In this document: positions 26,775 to 37,042 of the stretch, one piece after another
Position numbering within the stretch: position 1 is the first letter of the stretch
Layout of the letters: each line of letters opens with the position of its first letter
NCBI GenBank assembly: GCA_963675665.1
Contig: OY776510.1
Span: forward strand, 160,001 to 224,000
Origin: Spirochaetia bacterium
GTDB taxonomy: Bacteria; Spirochaetota; Spirochaetia; UBA9216
DNA: 64,000 bases
Direction: 5' to 3'
The notes under the pieces: generated by a model
What the model saw: only the letters and a program-made list of their open reading frames with translations
Databases searched by the model: none
Told to the model about the DNA's origin: nothing
Translations under genes and position numbers: made by a program

Positions 26775-29700
26775 TTAAAAGAGACCGATCCGGGCTCCGA
26801 CGCTTGGAAGAAGCACTACTTCCGGGCTGACATCCGAGGAGATCAACCAAAGCTGCCCTTCCCAAAAAACCGAAATGTATTTTAAAAAACGCCTATCTTT
26901 AAAACTTATTTTGGGCAATTCAAATTGCCCGACAACTCCAGCAAGAACAACCCCCCAGCTGTCTTCCGAATCAACGGAATTACTGCTGAAATATGAAAAA
27001 TTTGCGCCCAGCGCAGCTGTTGCGGACAATGCGGAAAACTCGGGTCCGAAAAGCCAGGAAAATGGAACCTGCGCAAGGTTTGCAAGAAGCTTGGCCCCAA
27101 ATACATTACCTCCAAAACGGGAGGCACGTTCATACCCCGTATCAGGATCAATCACGGTTTCTGGCGCATAACCGTACTGCATCTGAAGTTTTACGTTGTC
27201 ATCCATAAAGGTCAGACCGAGCCCGGCTGTAAAATATGTAGCGCCAAGCGCCGAGGCGTCAAAGTACATGCCCTGAATAAAACTCGGCGTACTGTAATTA
27301 TCCTTGTCACCATCACGAAGATTCAGCCATACGCCTGTTAATCCGCCGTCATCTGATGCGCTTCCTGATAAAAGCAAATTCCCGAACTGCCGGGAATTTT
27401 CCTCGGGGCTTAACAGATATAAATTCGGAGCTTTTGTATCCATAACTACGCTGCATCGCGAGTATACCATGCTGTCTTCACCGGAAATTCTAACCGCCAG
27501 ATTTAACTCTCCGTCGGGTACTTCTTCGCTGTATAAAGTGAATTCCCATTTCCCGTCTTTTATTCTCAATTTTCTGAAGGTTATGCCTCCGTCAAGGCTG
27601 AATTCCAGTTTGCCCGGCTGCAGTTTTTCAGGATCCTCCGGATCAGATTCAGCCTGTTCATAACCGGCGCTTCCTTCAATTGTAAAACGGTCGGTCACAT
27701 ACTGCTTTTCTGACAGATTGTCAAATGTTACCCACAGGCCGGTATCGGAATAATCAAGTTCGATACTTTCACTTTCAACTTCACTGCCATACTCGTCCGT
27801 CATAAGAGATAATCTGCCCCAACCTGCAGTATAATCATCATCCTGCAGGACGTCACAGCGAAAAAATCCGGAGGAATCTACCTCAACCGTTTTAAACAGC
27901 CTGTCGTTTAATTTAAGATGTACCCTGGAAGCCTTGTCGGGCAAAAACCCCTGAACAGAAAATCTCGGCCCGACTGATTCCCCGGGCAGGGGCGCCAGAA
28001 GTTCAGGCGGCCTGATTCCCTCAGGCAACACTTCTATTACCCTGCTTACAGTACCGGTATTATCTGCTGAATCTACAGCCTCCGCCCTGAAGCTGTAGAA
28101 TCCGGGGGACAAACCATTAATATCAAGAGTCTCCCGGATTGTCCCCCTTGAAGAAATATCTTTTACCGTTTCCATGCCGCTTTCTTTATCATCAAGGGGC
28201 GTCAGAATTGCGGTAAGGCTTTTTAAGCTGCTGTTGTCGAACACCCTTCCGCTCAGCTCAAGGCTGCCCCTGACAGCCTCGCCGTCGGAAGGTTTTGAAA
28301 AGGTTATTTCCGGAGAAGTATTGTCGGTGTTTATAAGAGTTGTAATCATGCTGCTTACCCCGGCATTATCTACAGCCCTGATAAGGATGGATGTTATTCC
28401 GTCGGACAGAAGGCTGGTATCCAGCGGATATGTCCACAGTTCAGTCCCCTCCGCCTTCTGGAAAGTGTTGCCGTTATCATGAGATATTAAAATCGCGGCA
28501 ATCCCGTTTACATCGGAGGATACTCCTTCGAGTAATACGGAACCTTTTACAACCGAATCAAGATCCGGTTTGTTTATTTGTATGAAAGGGGGATCAAGAG
28601 ATACGATAAATTTTCTTTCAACTTCTTCACTCTCAAGACCGTTAAGATCAACAGCTTTGACCCTTACCGTATTAATATCATCTTGCAGTTCGGAAAGCTT
28701 CAACGGAACCGTGAAAAGGTTGCCGCTGCCGGCTTCAAGGTAAGCGCCGTCATTAAGACTGTAACTGACGGAAGCAACACCCTCCTGATCCAGTATCAAA
28801 CCGGACAGCTCAAACCCTGTTTCCGTCGCACTCATTTCTTCGGGAACCTGAATGTCCACAACCGGCATACCCGCAGAAAAATCCAAATCAAGAAGAAGAG
28901 GCTGCTCAACTTTATTTCCTGCATTATCAACAGCTGAAACAAGGACCTGCTCCGGATTAAACCCGAGAGAAGTAAGGTTGACATCAAGATAAAAAACATT
29001 TCCATCCTGTACTGCATCAAAAATAACAGGATCGGTTTCCTGTTTTATAAAGCTTATTTCTATCTTTGAACAGGAATCAATATCGTCCACTTTGCCTGAT
29101 ACGGTTATCTGTTCGGCCCCTTTACTGAACGACGATGTAATAAAAGATAACGAAGGCGCTTTTGTATCCTTCAACAGCGGAATAGAAACAATTTCGGTAT
29201 TACCAAAAATATCCCCGGCTTCAAGTATTACCGTAACTTCACCATCCTCTTGATGTAGTACCGAAACCTCAACCGGATCGCTGCCTGATAAATCGGTATA
29301 AGTTTTTCCCCCGTCGACAGAAAATTTCAGGAAACCGAGAGCGGTGTTATCTGAAGCTGCCGTATCAAGCAGAAAATGTTCGCCTATTATGCTGCCGGGA
29401 GACGGCTGAGTTATTTCTATAACCGGAGAAGTTCTGTCGGAAGCTATATTCATCGGTTTGGATATCAATTCTTTTCCGTTTTCAAGAGTTGCTGTCAAAA
29501 TGATGTCTTCAGCTGCGCCTTCTTCGGAAGCTGTTATCCTGAACCCGTTTCCTGAAAAGGATACATCCAGAAATTCGCCGCCCGACAGATTCATACTTTT
29601 TATCCCGCCGCCGCCCGTCCATCCGCCTAAATAATCCCCTTCGCCCAATACAATATAATCGGACGCAGCAGATTCGGGATATACAAAATACAACCCTTCC

Positions 29701-31418
29701 GGATCAGACAGAGAGTTGTAATAAAAGGTTGTTTGCGCGCTGAATTTCGTTCCGGATCCGTCCTGTCCGGTAACGGAAATATCAATCCTGTCTTCACCGG
29801 CATATCTGGGAAGTTTGATATCAAAATACGCTTCGTCAGGATTATCACCGCTTTTTGGTACAAGCTTTTTTGGAGCGCTATTGTTGAAACTCCATTCCAG
29901 ACCGGAAATTCCGGCGCCCCGGACAGTTCCTGCAAGTTTCGCCTGAATTTCTGAATCAATAACCATACCGGGAAACCATTTTTCATCCTGCTCGTCAATT
30001 GTCAACGAATCAAAGATGATTTCAGGAACCGGATATGCCGTTCTGATATTCCGGCGTATTGTTTCTCCGACCATGCCGAAACTGTCCACCGCACGAATTT
30101 CTATCCGGTTATCTCCGGCGACAACCTGGTCAAGCTGCAAACTCCATGGGCCTGAAACATCAACAGATTTCCAGTCCCCACCGTTAAGTGAGTACTCAAT
30201 CTTTCCGGTAGAACCGTCGTCGTCTTTCATCATGCCGGTCAAAACCGGCATGATGCCGTATATCATTTCATCAACGCTATCGGACACGCCCGGGACAGGA
30301 AGGTCCGCTTCAAGATTCAGCGGGATTCGGAATTTCCCGGATATAACATTGCCGACAATATCAGTCAACAGCATATTGATCCGGGCTTCTTTCTTTTCTC
30401 CCGTTCCGTAATCGAGCGGAAGGACCCATACCGGGTTTCCCGGGCTTAACGAAATCTCGCCTGCAGTCCCGTTGTCAGCCTCGTAGCTTAGAGAAGATAT
30501 TCCTACTTCATCATATGCCCGGCCTATTAGAACAATTCTGCCGTTTACAGATTTTTCAGCTTCCGGATAAATAAGCGTCAATTCCGGCGGCCGATTGTCT
30601 ATATAAAAAAGAAACGACTGTTTTGAGCGTGAACCCAAACCGTCTACTGCTTCCAGCCAGAAAACAAATGAACCGTCCTGATGCAACCGGGTGTCTATCT
30701 TCCTGGAAAATGTCCACTGCCCGTCCGTTGTCCCTTTGGAAAGTTTTATTTCATTATACGTCTTCCCGCCGTCTTCAGAGCATGATAATTTCTCAATACC
30801 GTTTAAATCTGTAACGGTTCCTTCCAGAGCTATCTTTCCTGTTACATAACTTCCGCCGGTATGGGAAATTATATCTATCACAGGTTTAACCGTATCTTTA
30901 AAAAAGGAAACACTTACAGACTCGCTCTCGTTTTGATCCTCATCCCAGGCCCTGGCTTTTATCGTATGTTCTCCATCGTCCCACGCGGAGCAGTCTATAT
31001 TCATTCTCCAGAACGAAGTTCCTTCAGCAGGGCTGAATTCCCCCTCGTCCACCGCAATTTCCACGCGCTCGATTAGTTTATCATCTACGGCCGTGCCGAG
31101 AACATTAAGTGAATTTCCTGCCCGGCTCCCCCGGGAAGGCGTTGAAATTGAAACTTTGGGAATCTGAACAGAGGGATCAATATAAATATTATACGGCCCG
31201 CCCGAACCGGAGTTTCCGGCCTTATCAACTGCATGCAGCAGAATATTATACTCTCCCGGCGGAAGATCCGAAATATCAATACTGTGCTCCCAGTTATCAA
31301 GGCCCGAAACCGGTTGCGTTTCAGAATCATCAGCCTTCCCCATTGCCCACAGGCTGATTGAAAAGAATATAAATATTATTAAAAAACCCAGTCTGCTCCT
31401 GTAGTAATTAATCATCAA
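26775..31418 (-). CDS. giant secreted Ig-like-repeat protein with beta-barrel-like C-terminus
   Basis: Signal peptide; many D..P.i.i..P...G...D / A.D.aGN repeats; C-terminal amphipathic strands ending GARIGLF. Confidence 0.75.
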   Translation of the reverse strand: MMINYYRSRLGFLIIFIFFSISLWAMGKADDSETQPVSGLDNWEHSIDISDLPPGEYNILLHAVDKAGNSGSGGPYNIYIDPSVQIPKVSISTPSRGSRAGNSLNVLGTAVDDKLIERVEIAVDEGEFSPAEGTSFWRMNIDCSAWDDGEHTIKARAWDEDQNESESVSVSFFKDTVKPVIDIISHTGGSYVTGKIALEGTVTDLNGIEKLSCSEDGGKTYNEIKLSKGTTDGQWTFSRKIDTRLHQDGSFVFWLEAVDGLGSRSKQSFLFYIDNRPPELTLIYPEAEKSVNGRIVLIGRAYDEVGISSLSYEADNGTAGEISLSPGNPVWVLPLDYGTGEKKEARINMLLTDIVGNVISGKFRIPLNLEADLPVPGVSDSVDEMIYGIMPVLTGMMKDDDGSTGKIEYSLNGGDWKSVDVSGPWSLQLDQVVAGDNRIEIRAVDSFGMVGETIRRNIRTAYPVPEIIFDSLTIDEQDEKWFPGMVIDSEIQAKLAGTVRGAGISGLEWSFNNSAPKKLVPKSGDNPDEAYFDIKLPRYAGEDRIDISVTGQDGSGTKFSAQTTFYYNSLSDPEGLYFVYPESAASDYIVLGEGDYLGGWTGGGGIKSMNLSGGEFLDVSFSGNGFRITASEEGAAEDIILTATLENGKELISKPMNIASDRTSPVIEITQPSPGSIIGEHFLLDTAASDNTALGFLKFSVDGGKTYTDLSGSDPVEVSVLHQEDGEVTVILEAGDIFGNTEIVSIPLLKDTKAPSLSFITSSFSKGAEQITVSGKVDDIDSCSKIEISFIKQETDPVIFDAVQDGNVFYLDVNLTSLGFNPEQVLVSAVDNAGNKVEQPLLLDLDFSAGMPVVDIQVPEEMSATETGFELSGLILDQEGVASVSYSLNDGAYLEAGSGNLFTVPLKLSELQDDINTVRVKAVDLNGLESEEVERKFIVSLDPPFIQINKPDLDSVVKGSVLLEGVSSDVNGIAAILISHDNGNTFQKAEGTELWTYPLDTSLLSDGITSILIRAVDNAGVSSMITTLINTDNTSPEITFSKPSDGEAVRGSLELSGRVFDNSSLKSLTAILTPLDDKESGMETVKDISSRGTIRETLDINGLSPGFYSFRAEAVDSADNTGTVSRVIEVLPEGIRPPELLAPLPGESVGPRFSVQGFLPDKASRVHLKLNDRLFKTVEVDSSGFFRCDVLQDDDYTAGWGRLSLMTDEYGSEVESESIELDYSDTGLWVTFDNLSEKQYVTDRFTIEGSAGYEQAESDPEDPEKLQPGKLEFSLDGGITFRKLRIKDGKWEFTLYSEEVPDGELNLAVRISGEDSMVYSRCSVVMDTKAPNLYLLSPEENSRQFGNLLLSGSASDDGGLTGVWLNLRDGDKDNYSTPSFIQGMYFDASALGATYFTAGLGLTFMDDNVKLQMQYGYAPETVIDPDTGYERASRFGGNVFGAKLLANLAQVPFSWLFGPEFSALSATAALGANFSYFSSNSVDSEDSWGVVLAGVVGQFELPKISFKDRRFLKYISVFWEGQLWLISSDVSPEVVLLPSVGARIGLF

Positions 31419-31430
31419 GATGTACTCCTT

Positions 31431-34400
31431 CTAATCGGTCAACTCATCAAGCAGCCTTACATACTCCAGTCCGTCGGCAGTATAGCCTACAACCGGCAGA
31501 CCGGCGGAATCTACTCCCATATTAAATCTGTTTGAATCCGTATCCTGAATAAGGTTCGGAACAGTCTGAATCTCCCAGTTCCCTGTAAAAACATCAGACG
31601 TCACGCCGGGGCCTTCAGCGCCTGTATTCCAGGCCACCCTGGCGCTGTTGCCCAAACCTTTGTAAGCTATATAGGGAACTCCGGCTGAACTGACATCGAT
31701 TGTAAGTTTTGAGCCTACAATCAGATAACTGTCGATAGTATATACATCTACATCTGCGGCGGCACTGTTGTATGCCGGAATATACGCATATTTCACATCA
31801 CCGTTATAACTGTCGTAATATGCAAGATGAATATGGTTGCTGCTGTCCACCTTAAGATCAATATATTCAGCATTAATAAAACTCTCTATGGTTATCGGGA
31901 TCGACCAGGTACCGCTGTTGTCCGGGGTTTCATTATAGCTGAATACCAGCTGACCACTGCCGGTGGTATCCAGATAAGCCAGAACGGCTGTTGAACCGTC
32001 CGAAGTAGCCCCGACCGCTGAAAAACTTCCGGAAGAAGATGATACATACTGTGCCCCCGGCGGCGTTGCCCCTGGCTGGGCGGATCCGGCGCTTGCGAAA
32101 CGATTGTCGCCGCTATAATCCGGCCAGGCTCCTCCCCGATCCTGCTGTTCGACATTGGTATAGAGTTCGGTGGAGCTGCCGGTATCATTCAGCATCCCTC
32201 CGGATGAATCGTCGATGGCATCTGATGTTCCGACAAGAAAATGCCTGAATATCAGCCGTTGCTCAAGATTGTCATAGACAGAATAGAAAACATCGGTAGA
32301 TGCCGAATTACCGCTGACGGCAAGATCCGGGTACAGATAACGGTTCAGCACTGCAGACGTTACAGGCACTGTTGTATCAACAAGATTCTCAAGCCATAGT
32401 CCGTTATCAATAAAATCATATGTAAAATCCGAATTACTGAGATCAGTATACGGCGGGGCTGTTGAATCATAAAAGAAATTTGTAAATATACCGCCGTAAT
32501 TACCGGCATTGCTGTCTCCGAAATTACCATTAACTACGTTTACATCAACAAGGGCAGCGTGCTCTCCGTCGGTATTCAAATCAACCGCTGTAAAGGTGAA
32601 AAGGTCCCAGTTTGTCACTACATAATTATTTTCCGTATCATCCAGGTAAAACGCCTGCCCGAAACCTTCCGAATTATTGACATATACAAAATGCGGGTCA
32701 TCTCCGTCCATAACCATAGACGGGTAAACAGCATGATCAGCCGGAGTTATTGTCCGCCAAGGCCTTGTAATATTCCAGACGCTGATATACCTGTCATCAG
32801 AGAGAGCCTGATGCACATCCGAATCTTCCTTGTTATAGACCTCATCATTATCATTTATATTATTGCCGGACGGGACACCGTCCACAATTACGGTAAGATT
32901 ACCTGAACCGGCGGCATCAAGCTCAACGAGGAGTTGTTGATCATTATCGCCCGCATCGCTATGAGCCAGAAGAGTCCCCGTCTGCGTAATACCGTCCTCA
33001 TTCAGGGCATCGGGATCAACACTCAGCCGCACGGACGTCGAGCCGGCTGCGGAAGAATCGATATTCCATCCGTGAACCACAAGGGTTTCAAATGTCGACT
33101 GCGAACTTTCGGTTAATACCGGATATTTCCCTGATGCTGATCGGGCAAAAGTATCTGAAAATGCAGACGACAGCATTGTCTCGATCTTTGAAATATAAGG
33201 CACAACATCATATGTACGGGTAACGGAGTCGGTTCTTCCGGCTGAATCGGTTACAATAAACTCAACCGTTGTTCCCAACCCGGTCGGCAGCGCGGAAGAA
33301 TCCCAGTTGTAGATCCAGTTCGCCCGGTGAAGTATAACACCGGAATCTTCAACAAACCCCGATCCGCTTTCAAGCGGTGTATTGTCGGCGGTATATTCCA
33401 GCCTGTCGTCAACCTCATCCCATTGGGCAAAGACAACAGCTGCCGTTCCATTAATACTGACGGCCAGCGATTCTATCTGTTGATTATCTTCCGCCTGCCC
33501 CGAGAAAGGGGCCGTTCCACTGATAGATATACTTCCGCCCATTTCAATGTGTCCCTCACCGGAAGTTTTTACATTAATAGCATCAGCTGAAGTTAATTCG
33601 TAAAAATCCATATCCGGGTCTGCAATATCAGTATTTTCAACGGTAACAGTCAGAGTGAGAGTCTCTTCATACCCCTTGGGATCGGTTACGGAAAACTCAA
33701 TCTCATAATCGCCGTCTCCGTCGGCAAAAACATCTGTTGATGAAGTATCCAGGGTACCTGTTGAAGAGACTGAACCCAAATCAGTCCAGCTGCCGGCGGG
33801 AAGGGGCCGGATCCGTATACCGTATGTTTCAGCTCCGTTTGCCCCGTCATATACAATATTAAACTGATAATCAAGGTCACCGAAAACAGTGTTGTTTTCG
33901 GTGCTGTCCGTTCCGTATGTTCTGATTTCTCCCGCTTCGATATAAGAGTCATGATCATAATCCCAGCCGGCTTCAACAGAGGTTATTTCAGGCGCATGAT
34001 TCTTGATATTGCCGCCTGTTACAGTTTCCGTGAAAGAATTCCCTGAGTTATCGAAGATCCCGTAAAGAACTTCAAGTGTTCCGTCATCAAATGATGTCGA
34101 ATCAAATTTCGCCCACCATGTCCAGGTAGAACCGGAAATTGCCATTGATTCGTTAAATCCGTCGTCGTCACCATTGCTTGAACCATCATTGCCGACTTCG
34201 GTGCGGGAATCGATAACAATCGGAGTTCGTATCCCTTTGGAATTAAGCGGGTTTACAGGGGTTCCGTCAAGTTCAAATGTAACTTCTATGCGATCAATTC
34301 CGGAAACAGTCCCGGTATCAACTGCAGTCCCCTGTACAAGAGCCGTTCCTGAAAGGTCGGTCACCCCGGCAGTATATGTCCCTGAAGGCAAAAGATTGTC

Positions 34401-36860
34401 TATATTAAGATTAATTCCCGTAAGCGTTTTGTAATCGGCGGTATCGAGAGCTTCAAGTCTTAAATAAAGTATCCCCGAACTGCCGATAATATCATCGGAA
34501 TCAATTGAATGAGAAAAATAATATGTCGCTCCAAGGTTGTTTCCGATAGTAGTCCAGTCAACTCCGCCGTTATAACTTATCCTCAGTCTTTTAACTGAAT
34601 CATCGTCGTTGACATATCCGGTAAGATTAAAGGTCCCTTTTTCGTAATCTCCCGACGCATGACTTAAATCGCTGAAATATGGAACTGTATCATCAAAAGT
34701 AACCTGTACGGTTTCAATATTCCCGGCGAGATCAGGCACTCCGTCTTTCTGGTCTACTGCCCGCACATCAATTTTTACTGTTCCGTTATGATCTATACCG
34801 TTCGGATAAAATTCTCCGTCCGCATTCAGTTCAACCTGCCAGGTTCCTGTTCCGCTTATCTCATACCACGAATCGTCGCCGTATACATCATCAAGACCGA
34901 GCAATGCGTCAAGCTCAAAAAGTTCGGTAAAAACACTTCCTCCGGCAGAGTCCTCTCCTTTCCAGATTCTAAGTTCAATATGATCCAGCGCCTCGTCCAA
35001 CTCGTTTTTGTCATCCCAGGCACTTCCCGAAAGCATTACAGAACCGGCAAGAATTGCTCCATCCGATGGTGATGCAATATTTATTCCGGGACGGTCAAGA
35101 CTGTTGTCTATATAAATTCGGTGTTCCGCAAGTGTAATATTATCCGCCTTGTCTGTTGCTTCCGCCCAGATCTTCAGCTCCCAGATACCTGTGCCTGATT
35201 CAGGCAATCCCGAACCGTTCACCTCTACGGCCATACTGGTGTTCTCATAATCAGAACTGACTATACTCCGCTGCCAACTGTAAAATTCCGAAGGCGAAAG
35301 AACTTCTGCTGCCGCGGGTGCCCAGGCCAGGCCGCCTATCTGAAGTTTTACCTGCTTAAGAGACCAGTTATCTGAAGAAACTCCCTGAAGAGTTGTTGTT
35401 CCGTTTATAAAAAGATCCGCTGCAGGCGAAAGGAATTCAACCGAGGGAGCTGAAATATCTACAAAAACCTGCATACTGTAATGAGAGGTTTTCCCTGAAT
35501 TGTCAATTGCATCAACTCTGATATCTACAGCTCCGGCTGCAGCATCTTCCACGTCATGGCTCCAGCTTATACTCTCTCCGGGAACAATGGAAACTTCTTC
35601 ATATTCATTGTTATTAATGCTGATTTCAATGCTTTGAATAGCTCCGCCTGTATCCTCGGCAGTTCCGGTAATCGTAAAATTGCCTGAAGAAAGATAAGCG
35701 CCCTGAGCCGGCGAATCAACATTTACAGACGGAGCCGTTTTATCGATTGTAAACGGGACCACTGAGGAATAGCCGGTAAGCGAAGCATCCCCCGCTGATT
35801 TGCCGGTATCTGCAGCTTTTACCTGTAAAGCATAAATTCCGTTATCAAGAGAAGAAAGATCATAACTCCAGCGGACAAAACCGCCGCTTCCGTTAAGCTG
35901 TTCTCCGCTTAGAGACTGCCAGGAACTTCCGCCGTCCGTGCTCAACTCAACCGAATCAACATCCACTTCATCATCATCTTCTATATAACCTACCGCTACC
36001 GAAGTACCGCCCATGATATTGTCTTCCGCACTTCCGCCCTCTTCAGGATTGCTGATTACGACCCTTGGTTCATCAAGACTCAGATCAACTTCAACTTCCT
36101 GCTCAGTCATCCTTAAAGGAGCCAGGTTCTGGGTTCCCAGTTTGCCGCTGAGCTCTGCAGCCGCAATGTCTTCAATCTTTGCATCAGAGGTAAAATCCGA
36201 GGAATGATAAAGCCAGCTGTTTGAATTTCCGGCCGAGTCATAAGCTTTAATCCTTACAGAGTAGGTTCCGGTGCCGATGGTATTAAGAACAAAGCTCCAT
36301 CCGTTTGTACCCTGAAAGGATGAAACTGTTGCAGAACCGGTGACTACTGTTGCTTCAAGATGATCTATACGGCTGAAAAGATAATCATATGCTTCACCCC
36401 GGATTACCGGAGAATTCGTTGAAGCGCCCGAGGTAATACCCTCGCTGCTTGTAACCAAAACAGTAGGCGGCGTATTATCAAAATAAAGCAGAAGTCTTTT
36501 TTCGGTTTCACGTCCTGAGGAGTCGGTTATATACAGGATTATTGTATATTCTCCGTCATCGTATAATGACGTATCCAGGGCCAGCGACCAAAGGGTTATT
36601 TCTCCCTGCAGCAGTTCTGCATCGAAAACCTCTGTTCCAAGCACCATTCGAACAGATTCAATTTTAACATCATCAGTTGAAGTTCCGTTAAGAACAATTT
36701 TTCCGCGTACGTAATCACCGTTTTCATAGGTATCAATTACACCGGTCGGGTTTTCTATATCGGCGGCAGGGCCAAGACCCAAAATTGGATTTTTACATCC
36801 TGAAGTAAAAACTGCCGTAATTAGTAACGTTAAAACAAGTAAATATATTATTTTTTTCAT
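31431..36860 (-). CDS. giant Ig-like-repeat lipoprotein with propeller-like C-terminal region
   Basis: Lipobox FTSGC; repeated D.t.P.v.i.sP..G..l.G...D units; acidic composition; C-terminal IDLKVDSSNHIHLAYYD-type blades. Confidence 0.75.
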   Translation of the reverse strand: MKKIIYLLVLTLLITAVFTSGCKNPILGLGPAADIENPTGVIDTYENGDYVRGKIVLNGTSTDDVKIESVRMVLGTEVFDAELLQGEITLWSLALDTSLYDDGEYTIILYITDSSGRETEKRLLLYFDNTPPTVLVTSSEGITSGASTNSPVIRGEAYDYLFSRIDHLEATVVTGSATVSSFQGTNGWSFVLNTIGTGTYSVRIKAYDSAGNSNSWLYHSSDFTSDAKIEDIAAAELSGKLGTQNLAPLRMTEQEVEVDLSLDEPRVVISNPEEGGSAEDNIMGGTSVAVGYIEDDDEVDVDSVELSTDGGSSWQSLSGEQLNGSGGFVRWSYDLSSLDNGIYALQVKAADTGKSAGDASLTGYSSVVPFTIDKTAPSVNVDSPAQGAYLSSGNFTITGTAEDTGGAIQSIEISINNNEYEEVSIVPGESISWSHDVEDAAAGAVDIRVDAIDNSGKTSHYSMQVFVDISAPSVEFLSPAADLFINGTTTLQGVSSDNWSLKQVKLQIGGLAWAPAAAEVLSPSEFYSWQRSIVSSDYENTSMAVEVNGSGLPESGTGIWELKIWAEATDKADNITLAEHRIYIDNSLDRPGINIASPSDGAILAGSVMLSGSAWDDKNELDEALDHIELRIWKGEDSAGGSVFTELFELDALLGLDDVYGDDSWYEISGTGTWQVELNADGEFYPNGIDHNGTVKIDVRAVDQKDGVPDLAGNIETVQVTFDDTVPYFSDLSHASGDYEKGTFNLTGYVNDDDSVKRLRISYNGGVDWTTIGNNLGATYYFSHSIDSDDIIGSSGILYLRLEALDTADYKTLTGINLNIDNLLPSGTYTAGVTDLSGTALVQGTAVDTGTVSGIDRIEVTFELDGTPVNPLNSKGIRTPIVIDSRTEVGNDGSSNGDDDGFNESMAISGSTWTWWAKFDSTSFDDGTLEVLYGIFDNSGNSFTETVTGGNIKNHAPEITSVEAGWDYDHDSYIEAGEIRTYGTDSTENNTVFGDLDYQFNIVYDGANGAETYGIRIRPLPAGSWTDLGSVSSTGTLDTSSTDVFADGDGDYEIEFSVTDPKGYEETLTLTVTVENTDIADPDMDFYELTSADAINVKTSGEGHIEMGGSISISGTAPFSGQAEDNQQIESLAVSINGTAAVVFAQWDEVDDRLEYTADNTPLESGSGFVEDSGVILHRANWIYNWDSSALPTGLGTTVEFIVTDSAGRTDSVTRTYDVVPYISKIETMLSSAFSDTFARSASGKYPVLTESSQSTFETLVVHGWNIDSSAAGSTSVRLSVDPDALNEDGITQTGTLLAHSDAGDNDQQLLVELDAAGSGNLTVIVDGVPSGNNINDNDEVYNKEDSDVHQALSDDRYISVWNITRPWRTITPADHAVYPSMVMDGDDPHFVYVNNSEGFGQAFYLDDTENNYVVTNWDLFTFTAVDLNTDGEHAALVDVNVVNGNFGDSNAGNYGGIFTNFFYDSTAPPYTDLSNSDFTYDFIDNGLWLENLVDTTVPVTSAVLNRYLYPDLAVSGNSASTDVFYSVYDNLEQRLIFRHFLVGTSDAIDDSSGGMLNDTGSSTELYTNVEQQDRGGAWPDYSGDNRFASAGSAQPGATPPGAQYVSSSSGSFSAVGATSDGSTAVLAYLDTTGSGQLVFSYNETPDNSGTWSIPITIESFINAEYIDLKVDSSNHIHLAYYDSYNGDVKYAYIPAYNSAAADVDVYTIDSYLIVGSKLTIDVSSAGVPYIAYKGLGNSARVAWNTGAEGPGVTSDVFTGNWEIQTVPNLIQDTDSNRFNMGVDSAGLPVVGYTADGLEYVRLLDELTD

Positions 36861-36958
36861 AAACCAGGTTTCCTGCTTAAGATTACATATAATTTATCTC
36901 ATTAAAATATAAATTCATTAATCTTTTAATTTTCGGCATGATTTTTGTTATGGATTAG

Positions 36959-36990
36959 AAAAAAAGCCGACTTCTCAATAGCAGTCGGCT
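36959..36990 (-). terminator. intrinsic terminator of thrS
   Basis: AGCCGACT-loop-AGTCGGCT followed by a T tract on the minus strand. Confidence 0.75.
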
Positions 36991-37042
36991 GAGTAAAAAA
37001 GAATATATTTTTGTAAAAACGAAACAATTACTTTTATCGGTT

